The notes beneath the pieces were generated by a model, which made no database searches, was not told where the DNA came from, and saw only the letters and a program-made list of their open reading frames with translations. Source: Mytilus californianus (lineage: Eukaryota). From it: 64,000 nt of DNA. The stretch spans positions 60,078,001 through 60,142,000 of the forward strand of contig NW_026262604.1 of assembly GCF_021869535.1 (NCBI RefSeq). The letters run 5' to 3'. How positions within the stretch are numbered: the stretch's first letter is position 1; every line of letters starts with the position of its first letter. Below, one piece after another: positions 14,099 to 27,823 of the stretch. The position numbers and the translations under genes are program-made.

Positions 14099-14723
14099 AG
14101 ACACTAAGCCTCAGTTGGATGAAAAATATTTACCCCATTGACGTAATATTATTCCTTGTCATCGAATAATTGAGCTTTGTGCCAATGCTTTAGTATGGTT
14201 GGTTTTATATTATTAAGAAACCAAATTAACATTCTTGCAGGGATTTGTACAACTTTTTTGATAAGAAATTAATCTAAATTGACATAGCAGACTTTACAGG
14301 TTAGCCAAGAAAAGATTAACCATTGACCATTTTTTTTTCAAAGTCGGAATGGGGCAAAAAGGGTTTCTGTACATCAAAGTTCTTGGAAAATTGTTTTTAA
14401 CACACGACTGTTAAATAAATATTATAATTTGACCAGAATTCTGTTTTCTAGATGAAACACACATATTTTTAGCAATGTAATATGTCCCAATCAAATATAC
14501 CTGGCGGGCTGGCAAGGGTAAGGCGAACTTTTACCCAAAATATTTAGTAAGTCTCAAAGGTTTTTTGTATATGTATAAATATGGCTCTGGAGAAAGCATC
14601 AATAACACTTTAGGTTTCTATATTACTTGTTTCAGCAATAGTATTGGGTATGTCGGCTTCGGTTGAGCATATATTTGATCTTCCCTCTGTCAATTGTTAT
14701 TTTAAATTTTGCTTTCGTTTCAG

Positions 14724-15147
14724 TTGTGCCTTTGATTCTGTGAACGGTGTCATTGCAAACGCTGTAGTAAGCACTGGTCTAACTAGCGCCATATTGGTAG
14801 CACTTTCCACCTTATACGTGTTAACATGGTACCGAATTCATACAGAAACAAAGGAACTTAAAACTCAACTAAGCAAAAATGGGTGTGCAAGAAGTGCAAC
14901 AGTAAAATCTGCGAAAGCCATGTGCTTGTTTGTGGTTGTTTATATCATCCAATGGACGCCCCTGAGTGTATCTGGAACATGGCAGCTAATATCAGACGTT
15001 CCGTTTGGACTATTTTTAGCAGTTGTTATCATGACAAATCTTAGTGGCGTTTTCAGTGGAACAATCTGTCTGTTCAACATGTCAAACAAGATTTCAGTAT
15101 CAAACCAAGAACTTGGAGAAATAAAACAGCACATGAGAGAAAACTAG
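14724..15147 (+). CDS. Orphan 7TM receptor paralogue 1, coding exon 2 (TM5-TM7); spliced product 320 aa
   Basis: Acceptor tttcgtttcag|t. The junction restores GPSGF-F-CAFDSV with the ECL2 Cys. Three TM segments including KSAKAMCLFVVVYIIQWTP and MTNLSGVFSG. Stop TAG at 15145-15147. Confidence 0.9.
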
Positions 15148-18100
15148 AGTAAATCAGCGGACTAGAGTTTGCTATTATGCCAAAACTCTTATATGATTGG
15201 CATTTCTACACATACTTGAATGTGATATATTTGACCTTCCAAAAAATTGAATAAAGCTTTGATATTCTATCCTATGCATATTTTCAAATATTTCAATGTT
15301 TTAGAAACAACGTGTATATTTGTGTCAATCTGATTTAAATTCAGATATATCGTAACTCGCGTAATCGTCAAAGCATAACCAAATTGAGATCTATATTTTA
15401 ATTAGATTTGTTTTTGGTTTTTTTGGTTTTATTTGTTTCATACTGCATGCGATTTTACCGTCAATAAGAAACTAACACATTCACACGACGTATGTTATTC
15501 AATTGTTTTGTGCATTAAACGTAAAAAACAAAAACATATACGACATATCACTTCTCTTCAGTTTCCATTATTTGTTTACTTTGAGGCTTTTTCTCTATTT
15601 CTAACATTGAAAATGCACATTACTAAAACAAGTAAAATATTGGCCGAATGAACATGATGAAATACCTTAAATTTGTAATGAGTCATCATAACAGACTAGA
15701 TGTGTTTTATATACAAACTATCAGATAAAGACAGAGTTATAGGCACTGGAAACGTCGTCCTCTGCTTGCTGGAAAAAGATTATGTTTCAGTTCCTTCGGT
15801 GTAATACATTATTTTGTGCAAAACATTCTCAAAAAAGAAATATTTATACTTTTACTTGCCTTGATCGCCTTTCCTCCACTTCAAAACCGTAACCCCGTCT
15901 GAAACATAGCCGCCACCCGCATGTGGCGTTCTAAATGGTTATTATGGAATTATCTTTAAATATCTCATATCTCAAACTGCATGACACCTTTAACTTGTTA
16001 ACACATCAAATGCATTGGTCTTTGATTTCCGGATGCTGCAACCATGCAGGAGTATCTAGATGAGGGATTCTTCATTTCTGTATTTTATAAGTTTTTATGT
16101 CATTTTTCTCTATTCGTTAACATGTTTACCTATTATTCTCTATTCTTTATATTAAAGCACCTCGTTATTCTCTTTTTTTGGACTATTTTTTTCAATTCTT
16201 CCCCTCCCCCTTTATTCTGTATGTTTTGCCCATTATTTTCAATCTGTTAACGCCACCAACACCCTCCATTAACTTGTTAACACATCAAATGAATACAATG
16301 CAAATGCAGCACAGTTTTTGTAAAAGATGACAGACATAACAATGGCGTAATGTACACGTTGAACTTTTCTCTTTCTTTTTCTCTGATAATAAACTTTCAT
16401 ACTGTGTACTTATAATGTCGAGGTCGACGCACATAATTCAATTAAAAGTATAATAGATTTGATAGCTAATCAAAATCATTAATGAACATATCAATAAGCT
16501 AATAAAAAAGTTTATAGTTGTGAAATTACATCCGCTTATTTTCGTAAATAATGCTGTAAAATTTCTGCAATGAAGTTTATGAAAGGAATTAGTCCAGCCC
16601 TGGCTCAGTGACTTATCTTCATTTTTTTCTTTTTGGTCTGAGTACAGCTTGCTCTCTATCACCTTCAATGGTGCAGGCTCTGTTATAGCATAGATATGTA
16701 ACGTTTCGTAATATAGCGTTACTGATGTAAACAACATTTCCATAGCTTCGACTGCAAGTGATTTCTTCCTGTTAATGAGAGTTTCCATATAGTGTACAAG
16801 TATTTAAGGTATGTAACTTGTTTATTTTATCAAGTTTTACCATTTGTTATGAATTTTCGTATTTGACTATTCTGCCATTGTTCCAATCGTCCCTGGGTTA
16901 TTTATCCGGGAGTTTGAACCATTGTAGGTAATGGAGGCGAACTATGACAACATGGAAAATAAAAAATACAAATAGTTCACTGAGGTCAGGGCAGAATAAA
17001 AAAGGAATTACATTTAAAGAGAACTATATTGCCATGTAGTATTACTATTATATTTACGTCGATTTAAAAAAAAAGTTTGTTGTATTTCATAAGTGAAGAG
17101 GCATTGTTTCAGTTTTTTAAACATTTTCTGAAAAAGTTTTCTTCATAGAAATTCAAAGACGAGTTCAATACAATTGTGCAATTTTTAAGTGAAATGAAAA
17201 TTATTGTAATGGCATACCAATATTTAATTTTCATAGATCTTCATAAAAAATATTACGTAAGAAATGAAATAATTGTCATAAAAAATGTAATCATTGAAAC
17301 TTCCTGAAATATCAACAATGAACAAAAAGACGAGTATGTGTTCAGTAATACAATTATATATTTATTTGTGATTCTCGTAATTCGAATATATTCTCATCAG
17401 AGATATATTACTCTTTAATCTTTGTTATAAATAATCAAAAAGTATTAACATAGAAAACTAATAATGTCTTTTATAACAATATTTTATAATTTGTTAGCTC
17501 ATATTCCCCATACATATGATTAATTTACAATAATTCAAAACTATGAATTCACTTAGTTATCATTGGTTATTGTTCCATTTCCTTTATATGAGGATCTGGA
17601 TCGGGGTCCTTTATATCTGTATTCTTTAATGTTATACATCATTTTCTTTTTTCCTTAATTTGAAAGGCCATTTTCTGTATTCTGTATATGTTATGCCCAT
17701 TTTCTCTATTCTTTATATTTTAGCCCCCTATTATTCTCTAGTCTTTATATTTTTTGCCGATTATTCTTTATTCTGTAAACTCCCATAGAGCCTCTTCTAT
17801 TCTTGAACTAACAGCACTATATGATATATATAATATGTATAATTTAACAAACAAATATCTAACACTGATAAAATATAAAATCAATCGGGTTTTTTTCAAA
17901 TCAAAGTTACATATTTATTGATAAACGAAAAGGTAGGGAAATGTTAATGGGATAGAAACCAAATGAAATGAATTTTACCAAAAATGAAACACCGAGAGGT
18001 AATTACAATGTCTAAAACATGTAAAGAATCTGTGCTATATTTTTAGTTCGCCAACATAAGTGGCATCGGGTGACATTTTGTAGTATAATCTAGAATAACA

Positions 18101-18401
18101 GTCAAATGTATACAGAGTAGCGAAAATAGGCAATTATAAAGAAACAAGCTTTGAATCTGATATTCAGTGGTTGTCGTTTGTTGGTGTGATTCATAAGTGA
18201 TTCTCGTTTCCCGTTTTTTATATAGATTAGACGGTTTGTTTTCCTGTTTGAATGGTTTTCCACTAGTCATTTTTGGGGCCCTTTATAGCTTGCTGTTCGG
18301 TGTGAGCCAAGGCTCCGTGTTGGAGGCCGTACTTTGACCTATAATGGTTTACTTTTACTTATTGTGACTTTGATGGAGAGTTGTCTCATTGGCACTCATA
18401 C

Positions 18402-20475
18402 TGTTATGACTTGGTCAGGTGAAATTCCTTTGAAAAACATGTGTTTGTACTTTCAACCACCTGTTATGGGCTCTGATTCGATTTTTGGCCATTTTAAAGT
18501 TTGACACCGGTTATTACCTTATTAATTCAATTCCTTATGCTTTCAGTGTTCTTTTCATTCCGTTTTCCCAGTGTTCAACCATTTTAATTTATGTATAATC
18601 GAGATAACTTATGTAGCTAATTTTCACTTTCGTACATCAGCCGCCATTTCCGGCAGAGTGATTTTTGTGTATTGATTATGCAAATTAGGTTGACTGTGTA
18701 ACCTCAGGTTAACTTTATGTACCACAATTGCAAAACAGTGTATGAATACTATAGCGATTGTAGATCGGTTTTTACATGATTATTGCATTAAAACGGTATT
18801 AATTATGATTGTTAATTGTACTAAGATGATTTTTATGTTCGGTAAACATATCGTTTACGTTTTTTTGTACTTATTTCTAGCAATCGGGGATCCTTTTTCG
18901 TACTTGTCAGGCCCGTTTTAAGTTTCCCGTTCGTTTCCCCGTTTAAACCGTTCGTTACCCTGTTTAGTCCATCAGAGTATAAAAACCTTGCACCTGTTTG
19001 CCGAGGGCTCTTCCTCCTAAGTCAGACCTACAGATACGTTGCCAGATTTTCGGTCAGTTTTTACTGTCGTATATTTCACATTCGCTGAGGTTTTTCATAT
19101 TTTCATCATGAATTTCATGAGATTTTTAAGCAGTTTCACTGCCGTTTAGAATATTTGGCTTTTTAAGTATATATTTGTGTAGTTTTTTCAATTGTTTAGT
19201 GTAGTTGATTTTTCTAAATTACCAAATATTTGGATATTTTCTGATCACTATAAGTCTAGTATTCTAGACTTAGATCAGAATTAAAAAAAATGGATTTAAT
19301 TCAATTGTAAATATAAAATAGCGGGTCTATTTATTCAGGCTAGTTTTCTTTTTATTACCTGTTTTCTTTGAGACAAAAAGGAATAAAGTTACATGCCTTC
19401 CTTATCCCTCATTTTCTCTCAATGTTTGGTTAAGACATATTGTTAAGTATCCTGTTTGCTGAGTTGTTCCAGTAATCAGAGAGAAAATAAATAATTTCTG
19501 TATACTTTCTAAGATAGGAATAGTAATAAGCTATTACAATTAAATTTTACTTTCAAATACTCTCAATATCAAATGTGATTGAAGTCAGCTTTCCTGTGCT
19601 TACTCCAGGAGGCTGTGGTTAATTAAATAATAACAAGTACTGTTATTTCAAATATATAATTTATTAGAAGATGATATATGTATGTAAACAAAGATATGAT
19701 ACATAAATTACTGGGTACTTGGTTGAACACTGTGGCAAATAACTGGATACATTGATAGTTAGATATATAATATATAGTTATTTAAGATTTTTTTGTTAAC
19801 AATTCTGAAAAGTTGCTAAAACTGTAATTTGGTTCACTGTGATATCTGTATGAAATGCTTTACTAATAATACAAAAGTATGCTCTTAAACATTTTATTTA
19901 GTCATCAGTAAACTTACACAATAGTAGTCCAACTTGGTCTCTGGTTGTTGGTGTCATAACACTGTCTCATGGTAGAAAGACCCTCTTGCTACGCCTAGAC
20001 AAGAGACTATTTGATTGTCAGACAGAAAATATTCATGTGTGTGATAGTCTGTTGGTACCGTTCCTTGCGTTTCCACATCTTGATTGATAGTTTATATGTT
20101 TACAATTTAGAGGTTCATTCTCTACCTTACAGAGACAATATGTTTTATAAACTACACGACAGGAGTGTGTTCATTTCCACAGACTACAGCGTATTTGAAT
20201 ATCCCTAACCCTTTTCGTTTCCCCCTTATTTGAGATATTCACTTGTTTTAATATTGAGATTAAATATTTCCGACGTGTTTTGACCCCTTTGACCTAATTA
20301 AAATCTCTCCTCATGAGATAATTACATCTAAATAAATAATAAAGATAGACACCGTGTTTAAACCATTCTCTGTCTTAGACTAGCAATTTCTAGTCTATTA
20401 AGGTCACCTGTATACCTGTAAACGCAGGTGGTGGCAACGATAGTTACAGAGACACCCGCCAGGCCAGTTATTACA
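18402..20475. mobile_element. 2074-bp solo-LTR-like insertion
   Basis: TGTTATGAC...GTTATTACA termini with 4-bp TSD ATAC (18398-18401 and 20476-20479). It splits a common dispersed repeat (ggcactc-atac-cacatc; an uninterrupted relative is at ~51285-51305). No coding capacity; TATA-like tataaaa at ~18978 and aataaa at ~20330. Confidence 0.75.
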
Positions 20476-21762
20476 ATACCACATCTTCTTTTATCTATTT
20501 TAAATTATTATAAGACTGCTGTAAACATATCTTTCGTTGTCAATTTCCACATCAATACAATTTTGTGTACATACAAGTTCAGCCAAAATTTGATAGTTAA
20601 GATTAGATATATGAACATTTAAGGCTTCACAATAAAATACTTAAAATATATGGTGTCAAAATATATTTAGCAAATTTAATTTTCTGTCAAAATTTGTGTT
20701 ATCGATCATCTACCTTCAGTGTCCATCCGTCATACGTACACAAAGGGTTTGTGTCCCTAATTGTTAAATGTATTATTGAATAGATATCACTGACAATTCT
20801 TCCAGATTCTAAATTCGTTTCATGTTCGAGTTGGTATGTGTTACATTGTATATATTTTATTTTATCTTAATTTCACAGTATTCTTCGTACAAGCACTTGT
20901 CTTTTATACTCTATATACCTTTACAAGTTGACTAACGGTTTGTGTGTATGTTTGTTATAGACACGTGCTTTTGACGTTAAATTTGGGAAATTTAAACAAT
21001 TATCACAACAAAGACACATGCAATAGATCTTTTAAAAATATGCTCCCATCTGAAGCGGTCTGACATTTTTTTTGTAACTGATGGTCAGAGAAGATAGTAT
21101 ACTTTATTCAAGATGCAACTAATTTAAGAATATTGACAAAAAGCATCGGTTAAACGTTTGGCGAAACCTTTTATGCATTATCAAAAATAAAAGGAGGAAG
21201 ATAAACAATTAATATGTTATCAAAATACGAGTCATCTGAGATTAATTGCAATTGCAAGTATTGATTTGTCTCGCCAAAGACATGTAACGAATCCTAATGA
21301 AACTATCGTCAAACTCCATATCATTAGAGAGGATGCATTATACATGTTATCCTGTATGTTTTACCGTATCTATGAAAAGACAATTTACTATCTACAAATA
21401 TTCAGTAAAACCAACACATAATGCGTGTTCAAAACAATGGTAAGAAGTTAATACCAGCCACTCAACTAGTAAACCTAGGTGCATGCGTGACAGAAACAAT
21501 ATAAGCAAGCAGAAATATTGAAATTGATCATCAAATTTAACGGTATATTATAACTCGACGAGCAGTTTTCGTCGATAAATGATGTAATTTAAAAGTGTAT
21601 GAATATTGCTTATATTTCTGACTAACGATATTTTTCATTACTTATTAGATTCACTTCTGGTGAAGAGCACATTTATCTAACTGTTGGGTTTCATGTACCG
21701 AATCTACCGAAACTACCTAATTCTAAACTGTTATCATAAAGCACAATTTCAAATTGCGTAAC

Positions 21763-22301
21763 ATGCAATTGGATAAAGAATGTATGCATATTAACACTAC
21801 GTTAGCTGAAAGTGGATACGATATTCCTGTGTTTGGTGTCGGCCATTACTGTTTCAATGTAATTCACGTGACGGCCATCGTCTGCTTGTTTTTGAGTTTA
21901 TGTTCTGCTGTTGGAGTTATTATACTTTTATATAAGTCGAAAGTAGGAAAGCCGTTTATGAAATGGCATAAATATGAACGATTTTTGTTATACAGATGTA
22001 TTTGCGATATCTCTTATGGTTTTGTACATACTTTGGACCATGTCCAGATACTGATTACCAAGGACCATGTCCGTCCAAGTGGATTGTGCTCCTTGTATGC
22101 TCTGCTCATAGTGAACTCCTGCTTATCTGAGGGTTTATTTTCTTTGACGTCTGCCTTAAATGCATTTCTGTCAGTTTATTTTAGAAAGAATGTCAATTTT
22201 GGAAACAAAGACTGGAAACTACTTCTTTTACTTAGTCTTGGACCATTTTTAATCGCCGTACTAGTGTGTTCTTTGAACGTTTTAGGTCCAAATGGATTTT
22301 T
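21763..22301 (+). CDS. Orphan 7TM receptor paralogue 2, coding exon 1
   Basis: ATG 21763; 539 nt, the same length as paralogue 1 exon 1 and highly similar to it; phase-2 donor tt|GTAAGT. Confidence 0.9.
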
Positions 22302-25300
22302 GTAAGTATGAAAATAGAATTGATGTAATAAGATTTGACGAATTTAATTTTTACCCAAAAAATGTCATTTACGTCCGATCCTCACCGTTAAATTTTATGA
22401 TAACGAATTTTGCAATTTCTCTGCTGTTTTATGAAAAGCAATGCTTTGTAATTTTTGAGCTTCATATTCGGTCTCGTTTTAGGATTAGAGAATGTCCATG
22501 CATTAATGGTTTATGAATGTGATGACATCTGATGGTTTGACTGGACAGATTCGTCAGTCCACTTTTGAATTGTGCGTAACAGTTGAAATGACCCAATAAC
22601 TATTTAAGCTAGAGTAACTCGACAGGAATCACTAGTGGAGCAAAAACGGCTGTCATTTCATCAGACAATGAGTTAATATCCGGTTTGTGGTGGGGTTTGT
22701 GTTGCTAGATCTGTTGTATAGTATTTGTCTTTACTTCTGTGTATCTTCTCTGTTTTTTTTAATATGCAAGATATTTAGAATTCAATAACTATACCTTTGC
22801 ATTTTAGTCTTCATATATGTGTTGAATTTGTTAGTATTTGTTTAGTATGCCTTTTGATAAACTAAGAGACAAATCAGGCAATCGTGCAAAAATTAATAAA
22901 TCCCCGACTTCTCTGACAAAATTGACGTACGAAGAATGACCAACAACAACAAGTATCATATTGTTCTGATAACCTGATTCAGCACAGACACGAACTGTTG
23001 TTAGGTTATGCTACTTCCTTTTTAAATGTTACATTTTATGACAAATGTGTTATTCAAAGCAATCTTTTAACCACGTTTAATTGAATTCAATGCAACCTTG
23101 AAATTTAATGATTCTGTCGGTGGATTTTTGATTTTACTCTATCGTTTATTGTAATTCATAGGCTACCTTTGCATTGAGAGTTTTACATACACAATATTTT
23201 GCTTCTTTCTATTTCTTTTTAAACTGTTGCAATGGATACACCAAGAAGATATTATATTTCACCGTTTTAACTATTTGAAATCGAATCTATGGAACATACT
23301 GATTACTTACATATGCACATAATATGATATAACAGTTACCTTAATTTGTTAAAAGCATGGAAACGAGGATGGTTAAGTATTATAAGTATCAATTTTAATT
23401 TTATTTCCTAACATTCTGATTAAAATACAAATCATGTGCCCGCTTTTCTTACAATGATCTGACAAGAATCCGTTTTACTTTCTGTTCTTGTAATTATTAC
23501 ACAATGAAATGAAATTTCAGCCCTAACTTTTTTATCCGAAAAAAATCAGATTATCCCGAAAGGTCTTAAAAAACTGAAAGTAGGACTGGGCGTTTTTAGA
23601 TCCAGGATTTGTATTTTAATCAGATTGCTTTTCTAACTTGCATTGTCAAATACCGAACTCCTAGGCATATTCAAAACCGAGAAGTCTATGAAAACTTACA
23701 CAATCAAACTTAATCAACAGAACAAGTGAAAAACAATTGCCATACTCCGTGACTTTATGCATCTGAGAAAGCACGACATTGCATATTTTAAGACAAATCA
23801 TACCTCAAAGTGATAGTGAAAATTCTTAATTAATTTCAGAGGGTATGAATCTTTAAAGATGACAATACATATAGTTTTTTTTTTTTTTAATTGTCCCTAA
23901 CATTCAATTATGAAAATTTTTATACTAAGATTCTGTTGGGTCTTAAATTTTTACTCCCCTTGTAATCGAATAATTGCACTATGTGGAAATATGTTAGTAT
24001 GGATGGCTTATATTATTTCATTTGCATAAGTCAAATATACATAAGCAGGGTTTATTTAACTAATCTGCAAGAATTTAATCTAAAATTAATTAGAAATTTA
24101 TTTCCAATTTGCAAGTTCCTTAACCAAGGCTTTTATATGCTCTACACAAAAACATTGACAATTAAGTGCTTTAAAATAGCTTAATACTTTATAACACTGT
24201 AAATGTTTTTGTTAAGACTTTAAACATATAAAAAGGCAGAAACACGAAGAATTAGTTCCGATATGTAACCATAAATAAGGCAGAAATGATTTGTTAAACA
24301 CCTCTGTTTGACATTTTTCTTACCATTACTTCCTGTTGCATATCAGTTTCAACTGCTGTTTTATTCATAAAATATCTATTACAGAAACAATTTTAAAGAA
24401 ATAAGGAACTATTTAAATACTGACATGTAGGCCATCACATTAATTCATTAAAAAGTGGATTCGGAAATAAAGTTTTATATTAAGTTAGCAATGTGGTTTT
24501 CCATTTTTGACCTGTTGAATTTTAAAGTTATGAACTTATTGTGCAATCATTTTTAGTCTCTAAAATGGGTTTTTATGAACTTTTATATGTTCCTTATTCC
24601 AGTATGTTCTTTTTGACCGGGCCCGATTTGGTAATGTTACATATTATCTATCCGAATCATTTTGCAAAGAATTCCGCTGAAACCGGTGCTTGATATGTAT
24701 GCGCATCTGTATTTTTAAACTTATGGTGTATCTATTCTTGAGATAACTTCTCTTATGTGTGCCACATCATTCTCACAATTTAAGGCCAGTTTGTGTTCTA
24801 AAATTGTAATAAGACGCACACCACCTATTATTGGCCCTCATTCCTATCCACGTTAAATTTTTCACTTCCAATCATTTTATGGGGACGGAACCAATATACC
24901 GTTATTTATACATCAGACCGTACTGTTTACCGGAACTTTGGATACAACAAACCATGTACTTCATATCTGAGAAACAGGCAATATATGCCCTCAACTTAAG
25001 AATTCATTCATACATTTCTACAAGGATCACCAGGCCTTCACTTCCAATTTATTATACATGGTTTTATATTAACACCTATGCGTAGGAACTATTTTGTTTT
25101 AAATATGTACTACTTTCCAGTATGGTCTTTTTTGACAGGCCTAAATTCGGTGGTGTTACGTCTTACAAAGTCTATCCGAATCATTTTGTAAAAAAATCCG
25201 CTCAAACTGGTGCTAGGGGGGCGTCTTTAACTTGCAGTGAGTCGAGAGGTTTTATTTTATTCCGTGTTGAGGTCCTCATTGTAATTTTTAGATGAAGAAC

Positions 25301-26000
25301 AGCAATAAAAGCGCTGTTCCTTTGCTTTTTATGTGATTTTTAGCTGTGCATGTACTGATTTTGTGTCATGGATGGATACCCCATACCCTTTGTTTTTTTT
25401 ATCAGTATTGTTTTCTGCATGTTTTATGGGCTATTTTCTATTTGACAGTTCGTATTTTGACATCTATACCGGACATGGGTCCAGATATTATTGGAATGTT
25501 ATCGACAGCATTGTATCGCACTAATTTTGGACGCCATGTTACGAACAATAGCCTTTTATTGTCACGATTATCTATATCTATGATTGGCCAACCAGACTTG
25601 ACATATCAGCCAAGAACGAGGGGAACCTTGACCATAGTTTTCAAAGTGGGGATGGGGATCAAAAACAATTTTGTACATCAATACTAGTGCAAGACTTACT
25701 AATAAAAGACAGTTATATAAATATTCAAATTTCAACAGAAAAAAAAAGAAATGTAATGTGTCCCCATTATACGTACCTAACCGGGTGGCAAGGGTAAGGT
25801 GAACCTTTGTCCACATTTTTAAGAGGAGTCGCAAAGGTTTTTTTTCTGTTTAAATAGGGGTCTGAAGAAAGTATTAGTTACAATTTTGGTTTCTATATTA
25901 CTTGTTTCAGCAATAGTATTGGGTATGTCGGCTTCGGTGGAGCATTTGTTGGATCTGCCATCTTTCTACTTGTTATTCTAAATTTTGCTTTTCATTTCAG

Positions 26001-26508
26001 TTGTGCCTTTGATTCTGTTAAAGGTGTCATTGCCAACGCTGTAATGAGCACTGGTCTGACTAGCGCCATATTGGTAACACTTTCCACCTTATACGTGTTA
26101 ACATGGTACCGAATTTATACAGAAACAAAGAAACGTAAAACTCAACTAAACAAACACGGAAGTGCAAGAAGTGCAACATTGAAATCTGCGAAGTCCATGT
26201 GCTTGTTTGTGGTTGTTTATATCATTCAATGGACGCCCCTGAGTGTATATGGCACATGGCAACTAATATCAGACGTTCCGTTTGGACTATTTTTAGCAGT
26301 TGTTATCATGACAAATCTTAGTGGTGTTTTCAGTGGAACAATCTGTCTGTTCAACATGTCAAACAAAAATTCTGTTTCAAACCAAGGTCATGGAGAAACA
26401 AATCTGGACATGGCAGCTAGCAAGGGCAGATCTACGTATTATACCGACCAGAATCGTGGAGAAAGAAAACAGGACATGAGAGAAAGCCAGAGTAAATCAA
26501 CGGACTAG
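26001..26508 (+). CDS. Orphan 7TM receptor paralogue 2, coding exon 2; spliced product 348 aa
   Basis: Acceptor tttcatttcag|t tgt gcc ttt gat. Open through TM5-TM7 to TAG at 26506-26508. Confidence 0.9.
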
Positions 26509-27620
26509 AGGTGTGCTATTTTATAGGAGTTCTATATTTGAATTTCTACAAATACTTCAATGTGATTGGTCCGTCAGAATATTTGTCCTTGGTTTACACT
26601 TCAATAGACCATGCAGCCGAAACTACTTTCATAAGTGATGTTACTAGTGTGTTGATTTCATTGTGATGAAGAAAGTTGAGATTGAAAGACAAACATAACA
26701 AATGTTGGGTTGAGAATTATAAATATTAAACTCATTTTTCTAGAGGTTATTGAAGTGAAACATGAGATTCTGGCTCACATACTTTTGTCTGTGAGTTAAT
26801 CGACCTGGTTTACATATTAAAATATTCTTGAAAAAAGTTTTAAAAAATCCAATCTCTTTTTGGTAAGATTCCTTACTATTTGAACCTCGTTATATATTAG
26901 TATACAGATTATGAATTTCAACACATAAAAGTAAAGCATTTTTCGTTGTGCATCTTATTCATTTCCCCTCTTAGTTCGGTAACTATACATACACAAAATC
27001 ATCTTAGCATTTGCCATTTGTATATTGTTGTAGTGAAAACTCATGTGCACTACCATTAATGTGTTTTGGGAGGTTTTTTTCGTATTTTACTTGGAGGAGG
27101 CAATGAATTTAACTTGGATGCGAACTTTTGTCCCCTAAATTTCAGATCCAGTTTATTCCCAGGAAGCGACAAGCGTCTATTTTTCACAACCCAAACCTTA
27201 CCTTTTCTGAGGATTTAATTAATTTTAGGGATAAATAGTGTGGTTCGTGATATAGCTCCAAATATAATTTGGGTAATTTTCAAAGCGCCACGGTCCGTTG
27301 GTTTGCTAATAATGTGTTTGCAGCATTTTAACTAAAGAATGTAGATACGAACTTTGTATGTACTGTTCTGTCATATGTGTTATGTAAGAAAAGCGCTTCG
27401 GCATCATTTCATTTTCTTGCACTACTTGTGGACTGCTATAATCCCGAGAATATCATCAGGTCCAAATCATTGATTTGTTCGATTCATGTTTTATAATATA
27501 CCTTTCTTGAATTCTCCGCTTATAAATGTAAAAAGTATAAGGCAACTAAGGTTCCAATTTCCATGAGCAAAGCTGACCTGAAATGGATATAGCTATCTAT
27601 TTCAAGGTCCCTTTTGGGTT

Positions 27621-27666
27621 GGAGCGTACCTGATGAAGGTAAATCCAGGAAAACGCTTCGGATATC
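27621..27666 (+). ncRNA. Degenerate minimal hammerhead-like motif
   Basis: gcgtac-CTGATGA-aggtaaatccag-GAAA-acgct-TC-ggatat. The core is present but stems I and II are imperfect. An isolated 3' half, gaaaagcgcttcgg, lies at ~27388. Confidence 0.4.
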
Positions 27667-27775
27667 TCAAATTTATGAAGTGTTATTTTCACTGTGTTAC
27701 ATTATTTTGAATGTGAATGATATGTCATGTTATGCCCAAATATACTCATCATAGATACTAATCTTAAAATTATAT

Positions 27776-27823
27776 ACCTCAGCCGCGCATTTCGTCTACA
27801 AAATACTCATCAGTGACGCTTGA
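27776..27823 (-). ncRNA. Minimal type I hammerhead ribozyme copy with a mutated cleavage triplet
   Basis: Minus strand: gcgtca-CTGATGA-gtattttgtagac-GAAA-t-gcgc-g-GC-tgaggt. The U of NUH is replaced by G. Confidence 0.6.

Noticed and set aside
14581-14723. Signal-peptide-like in-frame extension upstream of gene 1 exon 2 (independent 3TM product)
   Set aside because: It is interrupted by TAG at 14611, and the frame relationship is not conserved in gene 2. T-rich introns translate as hydrophobic by chance.
24600-25215. ~90-bp direct repeat about 515 bp apart in the gene 2 intron, as a small LTR element
   Set aside because: The copies are diverged, lack TG..CA ends, and no TSD, PBS or PPT was found.
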